Shown: positions 1 to 13,950 of the stretch, piece after piece
Layout: the number at the start of each line of letters is the position of its first letter
How positions within the stretch are numbered: position 1 is the first letter of the stretch
Position numbers and translations under genes: made by a program
Origin: Eledone cirrhosa
Lineage: Eukaryota
Length of the DNA: 64,000 bases
Direction: 5' to 3'
Assembly: GCA_964016885.1 (NCBI GenBank)
Contig: OZ024745.1
Coordinates: 89,652,001-89,716,000 of the forward strand
Notes under the pieces: generated by a model
Database searches by the model: none
Told to the model about the DNA's origin: nothing
Seen by the model: only the letters and a program-made list of their open reading frames with translations

Positions 1-15
1 ATGAAATGAAGACGG

Positions 16-3000
16 TTGGAAGAATCGCCACAAATGACTCAATCCAGAAGAACTCACGAAGCTTCCCTTAGAGCTCTTGCAAGAGCTGCGACTGAAGATG
101 AAGAACGTTCAAAACGACGAGACAGAAATGCTGCCTCAACTTCGATTGCAAGAGCTTCAGAGAATAAGGGAAAGCGATTATTCCGCCAAAAGAAAAATTC
201 TGAAGCAACTGCTATTGCACGAGCTGCAGAAAACGAAACACAACGTGCTGCATCAACTTCTGCTGCTCGAAATGCAGAAAACGATGCTCAACGCTCACTG
301 CGACAGAAAAGAAATGCAGAGGCCCCTGCAATTACACGAGCTGCGGAAACTGAAACACAATGTTTGCTGCGACAGCAAAGAGATGCTGCATCAACTTCTG
401 CTACACGCGCTAGAGAAACTGTTGAACACCGACAACAACGGCCGGGCGAGAACACACGTCGCAGAGCTTCTGCGCAGGGTCTTTCAAAGCCTTGCAAAAC
501 ACGGTGGTCACTTAAGGCATTTAACTATGACCCAAACGATAGTTATGAGACGCATCCAGATATGCACTATGTCTACAATTTGCCCCCTTTGCAATGCTAA
601 AAATGGCCAGGGAAAGCTAAAGGAATGTGCTGCGCCAATGGTAAAGTCAAACTGCCCCTTCTTCAGGAGCCCCTCAGCTGTTGAAGTTCCTACTGACAGG
701 CGCGACTTCGGAGTCGAGAAAATTTCTTCGTGAAATTCGTCAGTACAACTGCTCCTTCCAAATGACCTCCTCCGGATCAAACATTTTCAATGAAGGTGAA
801 TTTATGCCTACTTTCAAAGTGCAGGGGCAGGTTTAATACAGGATTGGATCACTCTTACCTGTGGCAAATGCAGAGAACAACTTGCTTCAGATTTACTTCG
901 TTGCGGACTACCGAGAACAGGCAGCGAGACGGACAGCCGTTTCACCCAAAACCAACCCAGAGCTCCTAATTCAACTTCAAGAAATGCTGCATACAAACAA
1001 CAGTTACGTGCTTAGCTTCAAATACGCCCTGGAAAATGCACCTTTAAGCAACTTAAACTTGGTTCTCAATGCTGAAGAAAGACCACCCGGAGAGCATGCC
1101 GGTCGTTACAATTCACCCGCATGCAATGAAGTTGCTATAGTCCTCCATGGTGATCAACACAACAGAAGAGACTTTGTTATTAAACATCGTGACAACACCC
1201 TTCAACGGATCAGTGAGATACACAGATCCTACGATGCATTGATGTATCCACTTCTCTTTCTGTGAAAATGGATACCACACCACGATTCCGCAGTTCAACC
1301 CACTGGCACCTGGCCAACCTACCAATAAGACAGTGTCTTGTATGCAATTCTATGCCTACCACTTCATGGTCCGCGACGACTGCTTTAACCACCCTCATCG
1401 TTCACAACAACTATTCAACCAATTTGCTGTAGACATGGCCGCGAAAACAGAGACTGAACGACTGTGCTTCATAAGATTAAACCAGACAAAACTACGCTGC
1501 GACGATTACATTCACCTACGTGATGGAATGAACAATAATGAAAACCCAGATAACATTGGAAAAGTTTGCATTTTACCTTCAACCTTCAAAGGAAGTCCCC
1601 GTTGAGTGCATTCAAGAACCCAGGACGCGATGACGTATGAGCGCGTGTACAGCAAACCAGACCTATTTATTACTTTTACATGCAATCCTTCGTGGCTAGA
1701 AATTGCCCATGAACTCCTTCCAGGACAACAGCCCAGCAGTCGCCATGACCTCTCATCCAGAGTCTTCGAGCTAAAAGTATACAAACTAATGGACCTTATC
1801 ACAAAGGACCAGGTATTTGGACGTGTCCAATGTTACATGTACACAATTGAATGGCAGAAGCAGGGAACTCCCCCATGCTCACATTCTTATTTGGTTGTCG
1901 ACAAAAATCAGAGCAGACGACATCGACAAGTTTATATCCGCAAAGCTTCCAAACCCGCAAACTGACAAAACCCTATTTGACAGGGTTACGGCGCACATGG
2001 TTCACGGTCCTTGTGGACGTGGCTTCAAATCTAACTCCCCGTGTTTGAACAACGGCACTTGCTCCAAAAAATACCCAAAAGCCTTCCTTCGCGAAACTCA
2101 AACTGCTGATGACGGATACCCATCATACAGACGAAGAAGCCCTGAGGACGGAGGATTAACAGCACTGGTTGGAAAACATAAAATTGACATCCGATGGATT
2201 GTACCGTACTCTCCATTACTACGTTCAACTCCCACATAAATGTTGAATGGTGCAACTCTATTAATTCAATCAAATATGTCTGCAAGTATATAAATAAGGG
2301 TCCGGATGCCACCATGTTCGAGCTTAAAGAAGAAAACAAACGAGATGAAGTGGCACAGTACCAATCAGCACGATATATAAGTACCAGCGGGGCCTTTTGG
2401 CGAATTTACCGTTTCTCAATGCACAGAAGATACCCTGCCGTCCAAGATTTTGCTGTGCACCTGGAAAACGGCCAAAGAGTGTACTATACAAAACAAACAG
2501 CTTTTCTGAGGGCTCTGCAACCAAGGAACACAACTCTTACTGGATTCATTCAACTATGTCAAGGCGACGCATTCGCTCGCACTTTGCTGTATCCCCAGTA
2601 ACCTCTTTCTACAAATGGGAAAAGTATTCATGGAAGCCAAGAAACAAAGGTTAAAGCGTTGATGGTCATCCAGATTTTAACTTTGACAGCTGCCTGGCGC
2701 GAGTTTACACAGTGCCCCCCATCTACCAAGAATGTTACTACCTGCGTATGCTTCCCCATGACGTAAGAGGACCAACCTGTTTTATACACCTAAGAACTGT
2801 TGATGGCCAAATTTGCGACACGTACAGAGAGGCCTGCCTCAGGCGTGGACTACTGGAAGATTGTGCTCAGTGGGATGCCACTTTGGCAGAAGCAGTTGTT
2901 TCACAAATGCCACTCAGCCTTAGGAAGCTTTTTGCTGTCTTACTGTACATTTGTGAATTGCCCGATCCTTCCTTCTTGTGGCTCAAGTACAGAGATGACC

Positions 3001-4538
3001 TCTCTGAGGATTTCAGATATCAAGCACAATTACAACTTCCTGACATGGAAGTAGGCTTCACAAATGAAATCTAAAACAAAGCACTTATTGAAATTGACAA
3101 TATGATTGCTGCAATAGGTGGGAATGCACTGCAGACATATGGCCTGCCCCAAACCAACAGAACAGGCTCCGACGTCATTTCTGCAGAAATACTTCGGGAA
3201 CTATACTACAACACTGACAGCTTGGCTACATATGTCACTGAACATGAACCAACGCTGCTGCAGGAACAGGAACGAGCATATAACACTATTGTTGACTGTG
3301 TCCACCGTCGTACGGGAGGAATCTTTTTCGTCTACTTGCCAAGGTTCGACAACACAGACACATATCACTTGCTGTTGCGTCTTCCTGTATTGCAGCAACC
3401 TTGCTTCCTGGGGGCAGGACAGCACATTCAGCCTTAAAACTCCCCCTCAATATGACAGCAAATGAGACACCCTGCTGTAATATTACCAAAGGATCAGAAA
3501 AAGCAGAACTGCTTAAAAGATGTGAACTTATAGTTTAGGACGTTGTACCATGGCTTATAAAGGAGATTTGGAGGCACTGGACCGGACTTTAAGAGACATA
3601 AGAGACTCCCAGGATTACATGGGAGGCGTGACTGTCCTTTTATCCGGAGATTTTAGACAAACCCTCCCTGTTATTCCCAAAGGAACAAGGGCTGATGCTA
3701 TTCGAGAATGCTTAAAGTCATCTCCGCTTTCGCGTTATGTCACAACATTAACGCTCTCTACGAACATGAGAGCTCGGATGCTTGGTGACCAAGTGTCATC
3801 AGATTTTGCTACCAACCTATTGACACTTGGGAACGGCAAAGTGCCACTTGATGAAGATGAAAAAATCTCCCTCGAACCGGTCTGCACTTTAGTCGACAGT
3901 GCTGACGACTTGACAGATGCAGTATTCCCTGAGTTGAGCACTAACTACCAAAATCCAAACCGGCTGTGCGAAAGGGCCAATACTGGCTCCGAAAAATGAG
4001 ACTGTCGACAAAATCAACGGACAACTGCTTAAATCTCTTCCTACAGCTTCGAGTACATACAAGTCCATCGATACAGTCACAGACCCCATTAACTACACAA
4101 TTGAGTTTCTTAACTCATTGAACCACTCCGGGTTGCCATCTCATCGATTGGAACTTAAGCAAGGATGCCCAATTATGCTTTTGAGGAACCTACACCCACC
4201 AAAACTCTGCAACGGCACCCGCCTTACAGTAAATAAACTAACGCAAAACTTGATCGGGGGAAAATGTTTTTATCCCAAGGATTCCTCTGTGTCCGTCAAC
4301 ATCAGAGATCCCTTTTTCATTTAGGAGGCTCCAGTTTCCAGTTCGTTGTAGTTTCGCTATGACGATAAATAAGTTTCAGGGGCAAACATTGTCCGTCGCA
4401 GGAATAAACCTAGAAGAGCCATGCTTTTCGCACGGTCAGCTATACGTTGGATGTTCCAGAGTGGGAAGCAAAAGAAACCGTTATGCATTTGCACCAAACG
4501 GTAAAACTACAAACATTGTGTACCAACAAGTTCTGTAA
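16..4538 (+). pseudogene. Helitron RepHel transposase (HUH Rep + PIF1-like helicase), many frameshifts and stops
   Basis: Rep motifs DLFITFTCNPSW, YTIEWQK..LPHAHILIW, SIKYVCKYINKG; helicase motifs GGVTVLLSGDFRQTLPV, LSTNMRA, GCPIMLLRNLHPPKLCNGTRL, QFPVRCSFAMTINKFQGQT, FSHGQLYVGCSRV; stop at 4536-4538. Confidence 0.95.
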
Positions 4539-4589
4539 TCAACACTGCGTCACAAACCGTTTTCTAACAATCAAATACCTCGCTGCTTT

Positions 4590-5110
4590 ACCAAATTGTA
4601 GACATACTGTCTTTTTGAAATTCATAACACCATACTTTTCGTCTGTAAGTGTTGTGACCACTTTGAGCTGCACGGTATTGAAATGCACGTTACCCTCTGG
4701 TTGGTTGAGCCACTTTTCCATGGATTCGCCAGCGCGTGCAGCAGACGTTGATTCACATGTCTTTGCTGCCGCAGTTGACGCTGTGTTTCGGTTGATACAG
4801 CTCAAACAGCAGACGTTGACTCACAGTACTTTACTGCCGCAGTTGACGCTGTGTTTCGGTTGATGCAGCTCGAGCTGCGGAAGTTGACTCCCATTACTTT
4901 GCTGCCTCAGTTGACGCTTTGTTTCGGTTGATGCAGCTCGAGCTGCGGAAGTTGCCTCAGCATTTATTTTTGCTGTCGCATGTCGTGCAATAGAAGTTGC
5001 TTCAGCATTTTTCTTTTGGCGTAATAATCGCTATTCGTTATTCTCTGTTACTTTTGCAATCGATGTTGGTGCAGAATTTGTGCTGAGGAATTTTGAGCGT
5101 CCTTCATGTT
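4590..5110 (-). repeat. Diverged inverted copy of the 5' part (about 95-590) of the Helitron ORF
   Basis: The reverse complement of 4984-5035 (gcgattattacgccaaaagaaaaatgctgaagcaacttctattgcacga) matches 174-222; tatgtctacaattt is shared at ~4593-4606 and 568-581. Confidence 0.8.
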
Positions 5111-5788
5111 TGGTCTATGTCACTGCAATCAGTCTAAGGAAAGCAAAATCACAACTATACAGAATGGTAAGCATTTCAAACTACATAAATCATTAGAATG
5201 CCTACATATACGCAATGCATAACGAAAAATGTACATGTTTCTACTGTAGCAAACGTATGACACCCCCTCATTTGTACCTTTCACTCAAAGTCGTCATACA
5301 TTATCTCCGTCATCCCGCAACGACTTCAGTCCCTGAATTGCCAAACATCCCACATTATTGTCATAAATTCCATGTGACTCACTTTTGGGCTGCTGACTTC
5401 CTTGTGGCATAGTTCGCGTTTGGAGCTTCACCGCGTCAACGTCATACTTTTACACTCATTCACCTTTCATATACCATAACATTTTACCGTTTTTACATCG
5501 AACAACACATACTTCTTTTGGTTAAAAATAAATGTTTTGGGGGGGGGTTCGTGCTATGTTGTTTACTCTTTAAAAAAATTATTTGCTAATGGTAGACTTA
5601 CACCCGAGCAACACCGGGTATGGCTGCTAGTATATATAAATATATATATGGCGCGTGCGGCTCAGTGGTTAGAGAATTGGATATATATATATATATATAT
5701 ATATTTAAATGAGAGGTATAGAGATTGTTTTAGCAAGAAGCTAACGGCATTCTATAACATATATGCGACTATATATATATATTTATAT

Positions 5789-5839
5789 AGATTCCTGATG
5801 ATTTCTAAAGAATGAAACAGTTCTAGTCCTGTAGAATCT
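5789..5839 (+). ncRNA. Type I hammerhead ribozyme motif
   Basis: agattc-CTGATGA-t ttc taaa gaa t-GAAA-cag ttctagtc ctg-TA-gaatct; all three stems pair. Confidence 0.85.
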
Positions 5840-5875
5840 CATCTATATTAAAACTATATTTATATATATATATAT

Positions 5876-5995
5876 GGCACGTGTGGCTGAATGGTTAGAG
5901 AATTGGATTCGCAATCGTGAAGTTGGGGTTTAGATCACGGACCGGGCGATGCGTTATGTCCTTGAGCAAGACACTTTATATCACGTTGTTCCTTG
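5876..5995 (+). mobile_element. tRNA-derived SINE, diverged; a second head fragment lies at 5650-5682
   Basis: A-box-like gtggctgaatggttag head followed by the SINE-type tgtccttgagcaagacacttt motif. Confidence 0.65.
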
Positions 5996-7989
5996 CAGAT
6001 AGTATTAGCAAATCGAACGACCAATAGAAACATTGTTTCCTCGGCCCGATTTGAAGAGGTCTGGGATCTTGTCGATCAACTATCGATATATATGTATGTA
6101 TATATATAAAGAGAGAGGGGAAGAGAGAGGAGGGAGCGAGATAAACAGAGGAAATGTTAGGCCACTTATTGTACATGTGTTTCCATAGATGTACATTCCC
6201 CCAACAAATTGCGTAACATTTATGCGGCAATGTGACTCGTAATATATACGTTAATTAAAAGACTTTGTTTCATTTCTCAGACAGAATACCCCAGTGGCAT
6301 CTATTTTGCAACAGATGTACTAATTAGATTATCTAACACATCATAGAGAATATTATCTAGTTAATTATATGATCTAATTAATTAAATATAAGACCATATT
6401 GCTAGGAATGATTTTATAAAATGATTTACTAAACACACTGTTAGATTCACATGTCTATAGAATGTTTCATCGTGCAATGTTTGTTTTCACAATTCGTCTT
6501 TTTTTCTAATCTGTAGATCTGAGTTAAGCGTGGATATAGTTCTGATATCTGATATAAGTTTGCATATACTTTCAGTTTTTCGTAATGGAGAGAAATATAT
6601 CCCTATGCAGAACTAATAAGGAATATTGATGTTGAGGGTAGATTATTACCTTTGATGAAACGGTGTGTAATGTAAGTATGTAATGTAGTTTATTACCTCA
6701 TAGATCATTCCATTATACGAAGCACCACATAATATTTTTAATAGCTCGGATCAAACCTTAGATGTTTCTACAAGAAGCTGCTAGGATCTGGTGAGATGTA
6801 GAATTTTTTCTACAAATTAATTTCATAAAAATGTAAATGAAAATATAAAGATATAATTGAGGTATTCTTTTACTCTTTCTAGACACCGGAGTACAACAAT
6901 CTACTTTTTATACTATTTTTTCTATGTTAGTTGTTTTCCTTCTACTTCCTAGAGGTTCAATGTTTTCGCCTGTCTCCACCTAGAATAAAAACAATGTGTG
7001 ATGTGTGTTTTTATTCTTAGTTGCCTGCGTAATACGAAATTAATTTTTGCCAAACATCGGTCCATATTGTTATACGAAGATCAAAGAGAAAAAAATATAA
7101 AATTAGTGTGTGGCCATCACATAATTAACTTTAACGCTACCGATAACTAATTTATTCTCTCGTAATGCACGTTCGTTGGCCTTACTATTCTAAATATTAC
7201 CCTTATTTTCAAAAATAATTAACAATCTATTTTATTATATTCATTTTATGTGCCATGGGACTGACAATACAGAAAAAAACACAATTATATTCCTAAAATA
7301 TGAAAGAACCAACTTCTATGGTTACAATAGCGCTTAAACATTAAACATTACTTCTTAATAATATTAGTCATTCAGAAATTAATAATATTCAAGAAAACAT
7401 CGATGGGTATTTTTATACCAAATCAAAACTACGCCAACCTACACAACAGCACCATCAGCAACAAAAAATAATTGCATCAATTTTCATTTAGTTATTTCAT
7501 TTATTTATTTTTATCATTTTTTTTTTTTTGTAAATTTATGACCTTCTGGGTTACACTAACGAATCTGGTTCTTATCAACTGAGTAGAAATGATCTGAAAT
7601 TTAAGGGTGGGGAAAATTTGCATATTATGATATTTATGTTTTCTCAACGGCTATATGTAGAATAAATGAAATTTAGTTGCAGCACTTTCTGCTTTGCATC
7701 ATACGGGATATTACGATAAGCAATATGACGTACGAGGAAATATTTGGCTAAACGCGAGATCCTTTTCATCCCTGGGTTTATTATTATAATCAACCCGAGT
7801 GAAAGTTCTGCTGATAGCCCTATCAGTTATGGACGTTCTGAAAGTCATCCAAACGATGGACGTTCTGAAAGTCATCCAAACTGGGACACTGATTTGTACA
7901 TACAGAAAAGGTACTGAATTAACCAATCTACGATTATTGCTTCGTCTATTTATTCACAATTTACATTACATTTTAGGGGCTACAGACTT

Positions 7990-8290
7990 GTAGGTTTATT
8001 AAGGAGTTCGCATCCCAATTATCACGTCTCGAGTTCGATCTCATTGTGTGGCATGTTGGCCACGTTTCATTTATTATAGATTAAGTAAACGAAAACTGTT
8101 TGAAAGCCCATCAGATGGACTGTACATGTAATTCAAAGACTCCACCCGACTTATATATTGTATAGGCTGAAGAACTACGTTAAGATTACAAGTGTTTGTG
8201 GAACGCTTAGACACCTATACGTTAATTTCATGAGCAGGCTCTTACGGTATTCGAACAACTGAAACAATCGTCATCGAATCCGAGGTAAGT
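7990..8290 (+). mobile_element. Old, diverged SINE-like repeat
   Basis: B-box-like gagttcgatctc and a tRNA-like head; the remainder is degenerate. Confidence 0.4.
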
Positions 8291-8307
8291 CCATCCCACA
8301 AATATAA

Positions 8308-8521
8308 AGGTTTCTGATTTAGGCACAAAGCCAGCAATTTTAGAGGAGGGGGAATGTGATAAAATCGACCCTAGTGTGTTACTGGTGCTTTATTTTATCG
8401 ACGCGTAAGGATGAAAGGCAAAGCTAACCTCGGCGGATTTGAATTCAGAACGTAAAGGGCCATAACTCTATACCGCAAAGCATATTGTCCGACGCTCTAA
8501 CTATACTGTTAATCCACTTCC
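8308..8521 (-). mobile_element. tRNA-derived SINE of the main family; a partial second copy lies at 8543-8648
   Basis: Core ttttatcgac..aaggatgaaaggcaaagctaacctcggcggatttgaa is shared with at least six other copies in the window. Confidence 0.85.
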
Positions 8522-9139
8522 CTGAATAAAGCAATAATAAAGAGCAAAGCTCATCTCGGTGGGATTTGAAATCAGAACGTAAAATGCGGTATCTCTGTGT
8601 CGCGAAGCAGGGTGTCAGACGCTCTACCGACACTGCCAGCGTCCTATTCCACAGAAATAAGAAATCATATAAAGGTTTTGTTGCCATGATTTCTAAGCTC
8701 GTATTTCATTTTAGTAATTCAGCAACCCTAAAAGGTCTCAAACATTACTTTGTCCACAGATATATATCGAGGGCCAACATCACCGCATTTGATTATATCT
8801 GAGTAACTGGTACCAAAAGCATTGTAATAACATAACTAACATAGAATCCCAGAGACAGAATAAAGCTTAACTTGCAAAAGGTAAAGGCTTTCACAAACAG
8901 CTGAAATCTCAGAGAATATTGGGTTAAAACTGAAAGTAGTGTGTGTTTGAAAGACGGCAGATACAATGTATTAGATTTGCATATTATATAACATTAAATC
9001 TCTTATAGGATGAATGATAGGAAATGATATAACTGATGCAATTATTTATATCTAACATTAACGAAATCTTCACCATTAGCTAATGCCAGCGCTCTCATAA
9101 ATTTACTCATCAAATACATATGTTTTAAAAACATGACCA

Positions 9140-9330
9140 TAATAATTTTCTACTTTAGCTCAAGGCCATCAATTACCTCAGTGCATTACAGGTACTTTAT
9201 TTTATCGGCCCCGTAAGGATGAAAGGCAAAGTTACTCTCGACAGGATTTGAACTCGGAACGCAAAGGGTCATAACTCTATGTTGCAAAGCATGGTGACGC
9301 ACGCTCTACCGAAACTGTCAATCCACCACC
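9140..9330 (-). mobile_element. SINE, main family
   Basis: Same core and 3' tail as the other copies. Confidence 0.85.
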
Positions 9331-9417
9331 ATTACCATTATAATAGACGATCTCTATAGATATAGATATATGTGTGCATGTAATATCTATAGATGTATTC
9401 ATATACATATATATATA

Positions 9418-10278
9418 TAATAACAGGTAGACATCATAAAACTATTAACCTATCATACTCCACGGCACCAAAGCTTGAAGCATACATAAAAAAACTTAAC
9501 TTAAAGCAATTAAACAACACTACAAAACAAAATATTTTAATAACAGATGAGCATAACGTAATATCGGCCTCCCAACCACTAAATGGGAGACAGGTATTAC
9601 ACAACCCACCAGTACTGCTATCACAACCTTTCCATGGCATACCCGCTACCCACAACAAAAACTGTAACTGCCACCTACCTGAAAGATGTCCATTGAAGAA
9701 TAAATGCCTAAAGTCCAACATTGTTTACCAATGAACTGTTGAATCGAACGACCAGAAATGGTATTACATCGAGTCTACCACTACCTCCTTTAAATCTCGC
9801 AGGTACCGTCATCGATCCTCAATTATACATCCTGATCACCGTTTTGTGACCACGCTCGCCAACAAGACCTGGCAACTCCGTGAACGCAACCAACAGTTCA
9901 CCTTGAAATGGGATATACTTTCCAGCGCTAGTGCATATCGGAGTGGATTGAAGTACTGTAGGTTATGTAACCTTGAACTCTTTTACATCTTAAAATCCCC
10001 AAATTACTAAATGATAGAATCGAACGATCATTATACTGCAACCACAAACTGAAGGCTAAATTCTCTCACTATAAAATAACTTAACATTCGAACCCATAAC
10101 TATAACATTGCTTTCTAGCTAACCAATTTCTCTTCCCCCACATTACAAGACAATACCCTGCTTATCACTATAAATGGAAACTTAGTGCAATTTGTAGATT
10201 ACTACTATGAACTCAATGTACACCCACCCCATAGCCTTCGTCTGTCCCCTCTCTATCTCTCCCTCTCTATCCATTCCA

Positions 10279-10309
<31 letters not shown>

Positions 10310-10920
10310 GCCCTAGGTCCACCTCCCTCCCTCTCCACATCTATGAACCTGCCCTCTGTGGCAATAAATAATTCCAACCTTGACTATCAACGCATCGCTT
10401 AAGGTGGTCGCTTTAAGAGTAACCAGTTTAATAAAACATCTACCACAACATTTTGATAAAGATATCTACAAACCACTCTCTCCCATTTTTCCAACGCCTG
10501 CATATCTTTCTCTCTCTCTCCCTCTCCCCTTCTTTTCTCTCTTCCTTTTCTACTCTATCTTCCTCCAATAACCTCTCTTAAGGGTATTTACATTGTACAT
10601 CTTAACTATTCTGCTCTGATGATACAGTGGTCACAGCATTTGATAACTGAGTTTTGCAAATAGTTATAAATTTGCACATAGCATAACTAGGCTGTATAAC
10701 CACAGTGGAAACATTTGTAAGCACACAGAATAAATAACCTTTTTATGATGTCTACCTGTTATTATTCATTCTTTATCTACACTCCGGAATACAGAAGGAT
10801 CAGGAACTAAGTTTCTTCAACAATTGTTCCATAACTCGTTGAGTAACCTCTCACCGTACGTCAACTCTATCCAGTGTAGTAATTAACCATTTCTGCTTCC
10901 AGGATAATCCTATACCTAAT
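9418..10920 (+). mobile_element. Penelope-like element (PLE), 5'-truncated: GIY-YIG remnant, 3' UTR and HHR
   Basis: Translation KNCNCHLPERCPLKNKCLKSNIVYQ*TVES..YYIESTTTSFKSR is a PLE-type Cys-rich linker plus GIY-YIG. The 5' end (9418-9441) is an inverted copy of 10741-10764, as in inverted pseudo-LTRs. Confidence 0.85.
10612..10723 (+). ncRNA. HHR motif with long stem II, at the PLE 3' end
   Basis: tgct-CTGATGA-[~85 nt, closed by cagtgg/ccacag]-GAAA-catttg-TA-agca. Confidence 0.7.
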
Positions 10921-10956
10921 AATATATATATATATATTTATTAAAATAACTATATT

Positions 10957-11028
<72 letters not shown>

Positions 11029-11044
11029 ATATCAATATGTATAT

Positions 11045-11118
<74 letters not shown>

Positions 11119-11120
<2 letters not shown>

Positions 11121-11574
11121 AAAGTTATATTTAAAATTGTTGGGTTACAACTAGTAAATATTTATAACTGATATAAAAGCACTCGACAAATATTTGGAGT
11201 ATATTTACAATATTAAATAAATGGAAACTATATTTATAAAACCATATTTATTTCATTATATATATTTCGGGGATATCATATTAACAATATGCTATGCCTT
11301 CCTCAGACAAAATACAATATAAACAGTTTTATAGATAAATAGATTCGACATACCGTTATAACACCGACTTCCATTTGAAGAGGTTTAAGCTGGCAGCTTA
11401 AACCTCTTCAAATGGAAGTCGGTGTTATAACGGTATGTCGAATCTATTTATCTATAAAACTGTTTATATTGTATTTTGTCTGAGGAAGGCATAGCATATT
11501 GTTAATATGATATCCCCGAAATATATATAATGAAATAAATATGGTTTTATAAATATAGTTTCCATTTATTTAAT

Positions 11575-11580
<6 letters not shown>
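11119..11580. mobile_element. Fold-back non-autonomous PLE-like element; arms 11206-11392 and 11394-11580
   Basis: About 187-bp apparently perfect palindrome flanked by (AT)n; same family as 27093-27690. Confidence 0.85.
11473..11536 (+). ncRNA. Minimal type I HHR; mirror copy on the - strand at 11250-11313
   Basis: attttgt-CTGAGGA-stem II-GAAA-tatata-TA-atgaaat. Confidence 0.75.
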
Positions 11581-11609
<29 letters not shown>

Positions 11610-11818
11610 GCATGTATGGCCCGGTAACTCTTGTGGGAGTCGTAGTCGCGTTTCTAGGGAAATTTGTGTGTGTGTGTGTATGCATGTATGCATGAATGTA
11701 TATATATATATATGTATTAGTAAGAGTGGGGGCCCGACAGCTGAGCTCTTGCCGTTTCTACACCCAGATCCAGACTGTTGTGTAATGGTCCCACTAGTTT
11801 AAAACTGGCTCTATCATG

Positions 11819-12187
<369 letters not shown>

Positions 12188-12191
<4 letters not shown>

Positions 12192-12370
12192 ATTGTTTCT
12201 ACTTTTGGCACAAGGCCAGCAATTATCCAGTACATTACTGGTACTTTATTTTATCGACCCCATAAGGATGAAAGGCAAAGTTAACCTCGGCGGGATTTGA
12301 ACTCAGAATGGCAAGGGCCGTAACTCTATGCGTCAAAGCATGGCGTCCAACCCTCTACCGATACTGCCAA
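12188..12370 (-). mobile_element. SINE, main family
   Basis: Same core and tail. Confidence 0.85.
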
Positions 12371-12374
12371 TATA

Positions 12375-13617
12375 TATAATAATAATAATAAATTTGAAGA
12401 CTAAAATCCAAAGAGGGCTCGATAAGGATAAATATATATCGAATATATAAGAACCGTAGAGCAAATATTTATTAAAATGACAGATTAAAGTTTAAGCAAA
12501 GAATCGCTGCTTTCACCCTTAACGGGATCTTCTGAAACTAACAAAGTCAATCTGTAAATGCAGAACTGGATATTTCAAAAAAACGTTGCAACTGGAGGAA
12601 GACAGGAAGACGATACTTTGGTTCTTAGAAACGTGGATATTTTACGTCTCGATGTGGGAGCTAAGTATATGTTTTGTTTATACCTTTACTTATTTGCATA
12701 GGTGAGTATATATTTTCCGTATGTTTTGTGATGGTACGTATACCTTCTCGTACGTATATTTGATTGTTATGGTGTATAATTTTTTTATATATTCTGGTAC
12801 ATATGGTTCGGCTATGTGTATACGGGAGTTTTGCGTCTGTGTGAGTATGCAGGTTCGTACGTATGTAGGGCGTGTGTATATGTGTACACCATGTTTTGGT
12901 TGACATACGTCTCCGAACATTCGTGTATTTACATGTAGGTATGTGTGTGCGCTTGTTATATACGTATTTATTTATTTATATACGTTTATATAATTATTTA
13001 TTTATTTGTATACACGCTTACACACACACATATTTATATGTGCGTGGTTTGGTTTACCTATGGTAAGTTTTTGCGTATGCCTGTGTATGTACGTTTTTGT
13101 TTGCGTGTATCTATTTATTTATTTCTATTACTTCTGTATCGTATTTATTTACTTTGTTCTTAACTCTGTAGCGGAGATTCATTCGGTCTCCTAGTTAGAA
13201 TTTAGTCTACGACTTCTGCTATACCATTTACGTGGTTTTGTCTTTGCGTGCTATTGTTCTCCACGCTCCACATATGACGTATTATCTTCGTTTTTTTCGT
13301 TCATTGCCAGAGAACGTCTCTATCCACCACCTAAGAGAACATTAGTCTACGACCTCTTTTATACCATTAACGTGGTTCTGTCTTTGCGCGTAATTGTTTT
13401 TCACCGCTCCTATTAATGACGTATTATATTCGTTTTTCCCCGTCCTTAGCCAGCGAACGTTTCCACGAACCAAAGTATCGTCTTCCTGTCTTCCTCCGGT
13501 TGCAACGTTTTTTGAAATATCCAGTTCTGCGTTTACAGATTGACTTTGTTAATTTCAGAAGATCCCGTTAAGGGTGAAAGCAGCGGTTCTTTGCTTAAAC
13601 TTTAATCTGTTATTTTA

Positions 13618-13622
<5 letters not shown>
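12375..13622. mobile_element. PLE-like non-autonomous element with inverted ends (12468-12626 / 13466-13624) and an internal ~140-bp direct duplication (13200-13460)
   Basis: The ends are reverse complements; the same family occurs at 36356-36580 and 46360-46412. Confidence 0.75.
12489..12539 (-). ncRNA. HHR-like motif with variant core CAGAAGA; also on the + strand at 13551-13601
   Basis: agttt-CAGAAGA-t ccc gttaa ggg t-GAAA-gca gcgattctt tgc-TT-aaact. Confidence 0.6.
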
Positions 13623-13699
<77 letters not shown>

Positions 13700-13886
13700 C
13701 GAATGAAATGTGGTACGGAACCAGATGGACCATGACGCACCAAAGTACTCAATAGTTAGGGTAGTAGAGTGGGTAATAGGAACGAGTAGGACCGCGACGG
13801 CTGACCTCAAGCCGTTTCGACAGCTAATTCAGTCCAGAATTAGCCGTCAAAACGGCTTGAGCTCACCCGGCGGGGTCCTACTCGTT

Positions 13887-13947
<61 letters not shown>

Positions 13948-13950
13948 CAA

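Larger units (their letters stand above)
1..5630 (+). mobile_element. Helitron, degraded autonomous copy; 5' end lies outside the window
   Basis: Fragmented Rep/helicase coding sequence, then a 3' hairpin ACCCGAGCAACACCGGGT (5602-5619) and terminal CTAG (5627-5630) followed by T. Confidence 0.93.

Noticed and set aside
7829-7881. 27-bp tandem duplication in a short ORF
   Set aside because: Local duplication with no coding evidence.
11119-11580. MITE interpretation of the palindromes
   Set aside because: Arms are unequal, centres vary between copies of the same family, and HHRs are present; this fits PLE-type inversion better than terminal inverted repeats.
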